Source: a virus (taxonomy: Duplodnaviria; Caudoviricetes). From it: DNA of 53,582 nt. Positions 47,702 to 53,582 of the stretch are shown in pieces. The notes beneath the pieces were generated by a model, which saw only the letters and a list, made by a program, of their open reading frames with translations, ran no database searches and was not told the origin of the DNA. A program made the position numbers and the translations under genes. The stretch's first letter is position 1. Each line of letters begins with the position of its first letter. Location of the stretch: positions 1-53,582 of the IMG/VR virus record IMGVR_UViG_3300036770_002010. One strand, written 5' to 3'.

Positions 47702-48788
47702 ACAACTAGCGGATAAGATAATCCGAAATCAAAAGTTTATTGGTGATGGTGGAGTAAACTTTCTACCACTATATCCCATATTTCCTAGATTAAAATCATT
47801 TCTTCCAGGATTTATTCGTGGAGACCAAGTCTTAATTACAGGTGGTACTGGTGCTGGTAAATCAAGATTAGGATTCTTTATTGCATCTTATCTACTATCG
47901 TTGTCACAAACTATTCCTAATATTAAGATTAAAATCTTCTACAATAGCTTAGAAGAACCTGTAGAAAAGTTTAAAGCTATGTTTGTTATCAATTACTTAA
48001 GAGAGAAACATAACATTAGACTATCCTACTACGAAATAATGGGTTACTGGGATAAACAGTTTCCTACAGAATATCACCCCTACATCATCGAAGCTGCTGA
48101 TTATTTTACAAACACTATAGAACCATATTTTGAAGTAGTACAAATACCTCATCCTACTGGATTCTATAAGTTAGTAAGAGATTTCTTAGTAAAGAATGGT
48201 ACATATTACTTTAATGGTACTCCAGCAAATCAAGGTGAAATGTGGGATGAGTATAGAGCTAATGACCCTAATCAATGGGTTATTACTTTCTCAGACCATA
48301 TTGGTAATTACTTGAATGAATCTGGTAAATCGTGGTATGAAACACTAGAACACTTTAGTGCACAGTACACTAGACAACGATTAGGTCTTAAATGTGGTGT
48401 TGTATCATTCTTTGTGCAGCAACAAGTACCTTCAAAAGAGGCTCTTGAAGTTAACATCAAAGGTAAAACAATTATTGACAAACTAAAACCAAGTATAGAT
48501 GGATTAAACAAGATTAAAACAACTTCACAAGATGCTACGATTATCTTAGGATTATTCTATCCGTTTAAATGGAGAGACCATATTCCAGCAGCAATGTATT
48601 TAGGATATGACTTAAAGTTATGGAAGAATAATTTACGTACACTAATTCTACTTAAAAGTCGAGAAGGTATTCTTGATGATTTAGAAATGGCTGTACTATT
48701 CGATGGTAGTCGTAATTACTTTGCACATTTGGATAAAGACGATATGGATAGTAATGAAAAACTTTTAAAACAAGTAACCAATGTTTGA
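47691..48788 (+). CDS. dnaB: DnaB-like (SF4) replicative helicase
   Basis: GGTGAGKS, SLEE, SDHI, QQ, QDA.IILGL, LKSREG. Confidence 0.85.
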   Translation: MLFKQLADKIIRNQKFIGDGGVNFLPLYPIFPRLKSFLPGFIRGDQVLITGGTGAGKSRLGFFIASYLLSLSQTIPNIKIKIFYNSLEEPVEKFKAMFVINYLREKHNIRLSYYEIMGYWDKQFPTEYHPYIIEAADYFTNTIEPYFEVVQIPHPTGFYKLVRDFLVKNGTYYFNGTPANQGEMWDEYRANDPNQWVITFSDHIGNYLNESGKSWYETLEHFSAQYTRQRLGLKCGVVSFFVQQQVPSKEALEVNIKGKTIIDKLKPSIDGLNKIKTTSQDATIILGLFYPFKWRDHIPAAMYLGYDLKLWKNNLRTLILLKSREGILDDLEMAVLFDGSRNYFAHLDKDDMDSNEKLLKQVTNV

Positions 48789-49542
48789 CATTGTAGAACC
48801 AACAGATGAACAACTAACCAGTTTGTTACTGTATGGATTACCAAAAACTGGTAAATCTACTATACTCGCTGATTTGACTATTAAAGAACCTAATTCGTTA
48901 GTCATTAGTACTGACCCAAAAGGTTATCATTTCTTAAAAGCTAGAGTAAAACAAGTAGATGATTACAAAGAGTTCAATAAATTATTGGATGAATTGGCTG
49001 ATGCTAAACTTAAATACCTTATTATCGATACTGTAACACAGCTAGATATATGGTCTGAGATTGTAGGCACTTATGTGTACATGAAAAGTGTACAAGGTAA
49101 ATCATTTAATCGTGATGGTAAAGGTAATCCTATACTATATGGTGATGATGGATTTACTAGTGTATATAACTTAGCTAATGGTGCTGGTTATCAATACTCG
49201 AGAGAAGTAATGATGGAATGGTTTAGAAAGTTTCAGAAGATAGCAGAAAGAGTAATACTTGTAGCTCATGTTAAAGACAAAAGAGTAGAATCTAAGTTGC
49301 AAGACATAGTTGATGTAGCTGATATCAATCTTACTGGTAAAGTTAAATCTATATGGTCATCTGTTGTAGATGGTATTGGATTTGTTTATCGTGATAAAGA
49401 AGAATGCTATATTAGTTTTGAAGCTAAACAAGATGTTATTGCTGGTTGTAGATTAGCTAGACTATCTAATCAGAATGTTATGATTTCTGATAACAAAAGT
49501 TTCCATTGGGATAAAATTTATTCAGACATTAAAATTAAATAA
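48781..49542 (+). CDS. AAA ATPase (Sak4/AAA_24-like)
   Basis: YGLPKTGKS, LIIDT, ILVAH. Confidence 0.8.
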   Translation: MFDIVEPTDEQLTSLLLYGLPKTGKSTILADLTIKEPNSLVISTDPKGYHFLKARVKQVDDYKEFNKLLDELADAKLKYLIIDTVTQLDIWSEIVGTYVYMKSVQGKSFNRDGKGNPILYGDDGFTSVYNLANGAGYQYSREVMMEWFRKFQKIAERVILVAHVKDKRVESKLQDIVDVADINLTGKVKSIWSSVVDGIGFVYRDKEECYISFEAKQDVIAGCRLARLSNQNVMISDNKSFHWDKIYSDIKIK

Positions 49543-49544
49543 GT

Positions 49545-50075
49545 ATGATTACATTTTCTAATTTCACATTAGAAGGCAAAACTAGAGTAAAAACTGTATC
49601 TAAAGAGAAGTATCCTGATACTCCAGTTATTACTAGATTAGCTATTGAAAGTGGACAGCGTTCTGCTTCTATTCATTTTAATACTAAAGCTCAAGAGTTA
49701 ATTGGTGTTGAAATACCTACACAAGTGGTTATCATTGATAACAATGGTACATTTCTTATTGCTGCATTTGACAAAGTTAAGGAAGTAAATCCTGAACTAG
49801 CTCAAGCATTTGAAACTAGAAAGATGGTTTATCGTTTAGGAATGAATGGTAAAGTATCTTCTAAAGCTATTCATGCAGCATTAAAAGATAATGAGTACAA
49901 GTTAGTAGTAGAGAATGAAGCAGAAGGTATCTTTAGAATGGAAGTATTACAACAAGATTATACTCCAGCAATAGAAACAGAACTAGAAACTCTATCAAGT
50001 ACTCCAACTAATGTAGTTATAGAAGAACCTATTTTTGAACCAGCTAATAATGTAGAAGCTTATGATGAATTTTGA
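49545..50075 (+). CDS. Hypothetical replication-module protein with acidic tail
   Basis: Beta-rich N-terminus, acidic C-terminus ending YDEF. Confidence 0.55.
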   Translation: MITFSNFTLEGKTRVKTVSKEKYPDTPVITRLAIESGQRSASIHFNTKAQELIGVEIPTQVVIIDNNGTFLIAAFDKVKEVNPELAQAFETRKMVYRLGMNGKVSSKAIHAALKDNEYKLVVENEAEGIFRMEVLQQDYTPAIETELETLSSTPTNVVIEEPIFEPANNVEAYDEF

Positions 50076-50814
50076 AGGTAACATGGGTGTCGAAGAGAAA
50101 GCCCTATTTACAGGTTTAGCACTATGCAAACCTACATCAGTGAAACTGTCTGATAATGGTGAATCTCTATGGATTCCATTCAAGTTTCAAGATGGTGATT
50201 TTCTAGTTGGTGTAACAGTTAAAGATGAAGTTGTAGTATCAAGTACTGGAAGTCATCTTTATATGTCAACTAAGGGAGATTGGCGTTCATTCTATATCAA
50301 AGATGAAGCCAGTATGTTTGAAATCAAAAACTCTAATGGTAGAGAGTGGTCATTCTTTACTAAAGAGAATGAACCAGTTAAAGCTAGAATTGGTGAGATT
50401 GATTGGTATGAGTTCTTACGTCAGCTATTGTCTTATCAGTCTAATCAAGAGACATTCTTGAAAGATATGAAAGCTAATAAGCTAGACTTTGATTCAGTAT
50501 TAAAAGGTAAATCTGATTTTACATCATTGATTGACCATGTTAATGCTAATAACTGTCATATTGTATTACCTCTAGTAGTTAGAGAAAAAGCTGATGGTAC
50601 TCTAGCACAGAGTTCACTATTCAGATATATCTATCGCTCGGAAGTAAACAATGGTAATCTTATTGTTCCACAGAAAGCTATTACTGCATTCCAACGTCAA
50701 GTAGAGAATGCTGAGAAAGCTGGTAACAAGATTACTAACAGTTTCTTTAGTATTAAATACCAAGAATACACTCCGTTGCAATCAACAGAAACAACTGACG
50801 CACCTGATTGGTAA
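50062..50814 (+). CDS. Putative single-stranded DNA-binding protein
   Basis: Between AAA ATPase and primase; acidic tail ending PDW. Confidence 0.5.
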   Translation: MMNFEGNMGVEEKALFTGLALCKPTSVKLSDNGESLWIPFKFQDGDFLVGVTVKDEVVVSSTGSHLYMSTKGDWRSFYIKDEASMFEIKNSNGREWSFFTKENEPVKARIGEIDWYEFLRQLLSYQSNQETFLKDMKANKLDFDSVLKGKSDFTSLIDHVNANNCHIVLPLVVREKADGTLAQSSLFRYIYRSEVNNGNLIVPQKAITAFQRQVENAEKAGNKITNSFFSIKYQEYTPLQSTETTDAPDW

Positions 50815-50825
50815 ACTTATTCACT

Positions 50826-50857
50826 AGAAAGCGTTACATTGTGTGACGCTTTCTTTT
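50826..50857 (+). terminator. Intrinsic terminator/hairpin
   Basis: AGAAAGCGTTAC/GTGACGCTTTCT then TTT. Confidence 0.65.
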
Positions 50858-50870
50858 ATAAATTCCAATT

Positions 50871-51836
50871 ATGAAACTCAATGGTATTGTAGCATCTGAA
50901 AGTTACGATGTTTACAGCAAAATAGACCAAATGAAAGTATGGCAGTCACTATTAGGTACAACTGTTACACTTAATACAAGAATGGTTAATACACTAAGAC
51001 ATGATACTACACCTGGTTGTTGGTTATATGAGTATGATAATGTTATATTATTAGCTGATTTTGCTGATGCTAGATTTCATGGTATAACATGTGTAACTGC
51101 TGTAATGATTAAATATCATTGCGATTATACTAGAGCATTAGAAATAATCAAACAAGATTTTAGTTATACAAACCAAAAGTTTAAACTATCTAATAAGATA
51201 ACTAAAGACTTTACGTTTCAACTATCATTTACCAAAGGTTCATGGAATCAACATCATAAAGATTATTGGTCTAAGTATGGCATATCTAAATCACAACTAG
51301 AGTTAGAAAACTGTTACGCTGTAAGTTCTTATTCGTTTAATACACATTCATGTCCAGATTTCTTACAGAAAGTAAAAGTTTATGATGAAACTACAGCTAT
51401 TGTTGTAGATAATAAGATTAAGATATACAAACCTAATAGTCAGTTTAAATTCCTAAGCAACTTTACCGAGAATACTATCGGTGGTACAAACAAGATTACA
51501 GATACTGTTATCATTACTAAATCAGCTAAAGATTATATGGTACTCGATAACTTAGGTTATAGTGGTAGATTCATACATTCAGAGACTTCTAATCCTGATT
51601 TATTACCATTCATGAAATACAATAAAGTCTATGTGTTGATGGATAATGATACTACAGGTCTTAATGCTTGTAAAAGATTATCTTCTAACAATCACTTTAT
51701 AGGTATATCTATTCCTGAAGGATATCCAAAAGATATATCTGATTTCTATAAAACGTATGGTCACACAGAAACAAGACACCTCATACGTCAACTCATACCC
51801 AAAAGTAGTTCACAATTCTTACTATCCACTATTTGA
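50871..51836 (+). CDS. dnaG: DnaG-family (Toprim) primase
   Basis: IITKSAKD, DND.TG, KDISD; N-terminal R.D..P motif. Confidence 0.85.
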   Translation: MKLNGIVASESYDVYSKIDQMKVWQSLLGTTVTLNTRMVNTLRHDTTPGCWLYEYDNVILLADFADARFHGITCVTAVMIKYHCDYTRALEIIKQDFSYTNQKFKLSNKITKDFTFQLSFTKGSWNQHHKDYWSKYGISKSQLELENCYAVSSYSFNTHSCPDFLQKVKVYDETTAIVVDNKIKIYKPNSQFKFLSNFTENTIGGTNKITDTVIITKSAKDYMVLDNLGYSGRFIHSETSNPDLLPFMKYNKVYVLMDNDTTGLNACKRLSSNNHFIGISIPEGYPKDISDFYKTYGHTETRHLIRQLIPKSSSQFLLSTI

Positions 51837-52410
51837 TAAAGTAGATTTAAAACCTATAAAGAATAGTGTAAATAGAACAATGTATTATCCTGATGCAAAG
51901 GATATATTTAGAGCATTAAACCACTCCATCTATGATGTTAGAGTGGTTTTTATGTTTCTATCTCCATATCAGAATAATTATGCTAATGGATTAGCTACTT
52001 CAAGTATGATTATGACACCAACTCTTTCTGTCATAGAACAGAGTTTACAAGAATATCTTGATGATTACTCATTTAGTCTAAAGAAAGACTTACTACATTG
52101 GGAAGCACAAGGTATATTACTACTAAATACAGCATTAACAGTTCCAAAAAATGGTTCTCCAGTAGCACATGTTAAACTATGGAAACCATTTACTACAGCA
52201 TTAGTAAAATACTTAGATGATACTGTAAGACCATTATTTGTATTCTTTGGTAATGAAGCTCAAAGTTTCTATCCATTAGTACACAATGGTTTATGTACTA
52301 TTCATCCAGTTGCTAAGAAGTATAATCCTGATTTAGAAATCAATACTTCAATATGGAAAGCTGTTGATGCTCATTGTTTACATCAAAATAATGAGAAGAT
52401 ACAATGGTAA
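51757..52410 (+). CDS. Uracil-DNA glycosylase family 1-like protein with altered motif A
   Basis: YP...DIFRA, ANGLA, W..QGILLLNTALTV, H...W..FT, FG..AQ, HP. Confidence 0.8.
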   Translation: MVTQKQDTSYVNSYPKVVHNSYYPLFDKVDLKPIKNSVNRTMYYPDAKDIFRALNHSIYDVRVVFMFLSPYQNNYANGLATSSMIMTPTLSVIEQSLQEYLDDYSFSLKKDLLHWEAQGILLLNTALTVPKNGSPVAHVKLWKPFTTALVKYLDDTVRPLFVFFGNEAQSFYPLVHNGLCTIHPVAKKYNPDLEINTSIWKAVDAHCLHQNNEKIQW

Positions 52411-52598
52411 CTTTTAAAGAATCATTTTCTTATGGCTGCATGAGATATAACAACAAAATGATAGTTAATAATACGTTAGGAACTGTATGTAAACTTATGT
52501 TTGAAGAAACTAATACTTACATACATACAGATGCAAGTGTATTATATATACTATCAACAACAACAAATCCTTTTTTATTTACTTTTAAAACAATTTAA
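52404..52598 (+). CDS. Possible small hypothetical protein
   Basis: 64-aa ORF filling the gap. Confidence 0.35.
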   Translation: MVTFKESFSYGCMRYNNKMIVNNTLGTVCKLMFEETNTYIHTDASVLYILSTTTNPFLFTFKTI

Positions 52599-52603
52599 CA
52601 CAG

Positions 52604-53173
52604 ATGAAAATCTTAATCACTTCCACATTGTCTAACAATGTAACTATTCACGAATTTAATGGTAAGAAAATTGCTGACTTACGTGAATATCTTAAAGAGA
52701 ATAATCTCTTTGAAGATGGTATGGCTATTAATGGTAATACTGATTTGAGTGACCCTAACAATGATATACCTGATAACTTGAAGGTTGTTACTGTAACTCC
52801 AGCTAAATCTAGTGCTGCTACTATTGATTTTACTACAATGAGCTACAATGATTTGAAGAAAATGGCTAAGGAATACAGGGTTGCAGCTGTAGAGAATGAT
52901 GATGAAACATTACTAGAGATTATTCATAGCAAGTACATGAGTGTACCAAAGAATGATTTAATCGTAATGCTTACTAGAGCTTATGAATACTTAAATCCTG
53001 CTACTGCTACAGCATTGGTATCTGATGACCAAGTGTCTAAACTAAGTGAAGTTATCAATCAGTTGGAAGATAGAGTGTTCGAGATAGAATACAGTTTACA
53101 GTTATTGACTGATGTGAATAAGTTAAGATTCTTAAACAGATTGAAGAAAGACTATCCACATTTGGTGAAGTAA
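52604..53173 (+). CDS. Protein with an N-terminal ubiquitin-like (beta-grasp-like) domain and helical C-terminus
   Basis: beta-beta-alpha-beta pattern in the first ~70 aa; MSYNDLKKMAK helix-extension-helix-like motif; coiled coil. Confidence 0.45.
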   Translation: MKILITSTLSNNVTIHEFNGKKIADLREYLKENNLFEDGMAINGNTDLSDPNNDIPDNLKVVTVTPAKSSAATIDFTTMSYNDLKKMAKEYRVAAVENDDETLLEIIHSKYMSVPKNDLIVMLTRAYEYLNPATATALVSDDQVSKLSEVINQLEDRVFEIEYSLQLLTDVNKLRFLNRLKKDYPHLVK

Positions 53174-53186
53174 TTATTTAATGATG

Positions 53187-53214
53187 GGGAGTAGTGTAAA
53201 AGCTACTCCCTTTT
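53187..53214 (+). terminator. Hairpin with short T-tract
   Basis: GGGAGTAG/CTACTCCC then TTTT. Confidence 0.6.
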
Positions 53215-53226
53215 AAACTATTAATT

Positions 53227-53582
53227 ATGATTACTAAAGATGAAGTAATATCTCATAAAGATTTTGCATTACTAGAAGAATACTTAGATTCTATGTATCC
53301 TGATAGATATGAATTTAAAGAGACTGAATTACTTATTTATTATCCTGAAGTAACTATTAAGAATCTTACAGGTGATACTTATACTATCTATGATGTTTTT
53401 ATTCATTATGGTTATAATGAGAAAATGTTTTCTTTTACTAAGTTACACTATACAGTATCAGATTATGTAAATCAATCAATGACTACATTTACACATTCAC
53501 ATTTAGCTAAAGATAGAATAGCGTTTAAAACAAATGGTTATTGTTATGGTAAACTTAATATATTTTATGACTTTAATGATAT
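53227..53582 (+). CDS. Partial ORF, prokaryotic E2-like protein (truncated by window end)
   Basis: Open from ATG 53227; LIYYPEVTI.N, F.HSHL...CYG resembles the E2 His/Cys arrangement. Confidence 0.5.
   Translation, partial: MITKDEVISHKDFALLEEYLDSMYPDRYEFKETELLIYYPEVTIKNLTGDTYTIYDVFIHYGYNEKMFSFTKLHYTVSDYVNQSMTTFTHSHLAKDRIAFKTNGYCYGKLNIFYDFND

Noticed and set aside
6653-50183. Shadow ORFs in the track (e.g. 7444+, 9828+, 11679+, 23703+, 32008+, 37438-, 44155-, 47143-, 49995-)
   Set aside because: Antisense or out-of-frame to well-supported genes, with compositions typical of shadow frames
1-53582. Stop-codon reassignment as in some crAss-like phages
   Set aside because: Long core genes are intact under the standard code, and TAG and TGA both end genes at sensible boundaries

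Overview
AT-rich segment of a crAss-like (Crassvirales-type) phage that most likely infects a Bacteroidota host: TAnnTTTG promoters, no obvious Shine-Dalgarno sites, standard genetic code. The left arm (1-35.4 kb, minus strand) is the virion module: TerL, portal, scaffold-like protein, major capsid, neck/ring proteins, fibre genes, holin, amidase, GroES-like, IHF-like and YGG-motif cargo-like proteins. The right arm (35.6 kb to the end, plus strand) begins with six single-gene cassettes, each with a shared upstream motif and a downstream hairpin. It continues through a region rich in structured non-coding RNA and tRNA-like elements, then the replication module (PolB, SF2 helicase, DnaB, AAA ATPase, SSB-like, primase, UDG-like), and ends in a ubiquitin-like/E2-like pair cut by the window edge. 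Most notable: (1) four fibre-module proteins with Sec-type signal peptides, the largest packed with Bacteroidota O-glycosylation sequons; (2) the cassette array; (3) two ~121-nt tRNA scaffolds whose anticodon region is replaced by a structured insert; (4) a Csx20-like candidate ring nuclease (anti-CRISPR). All product calls come from motifs and synteny read by eye; no searches were run.
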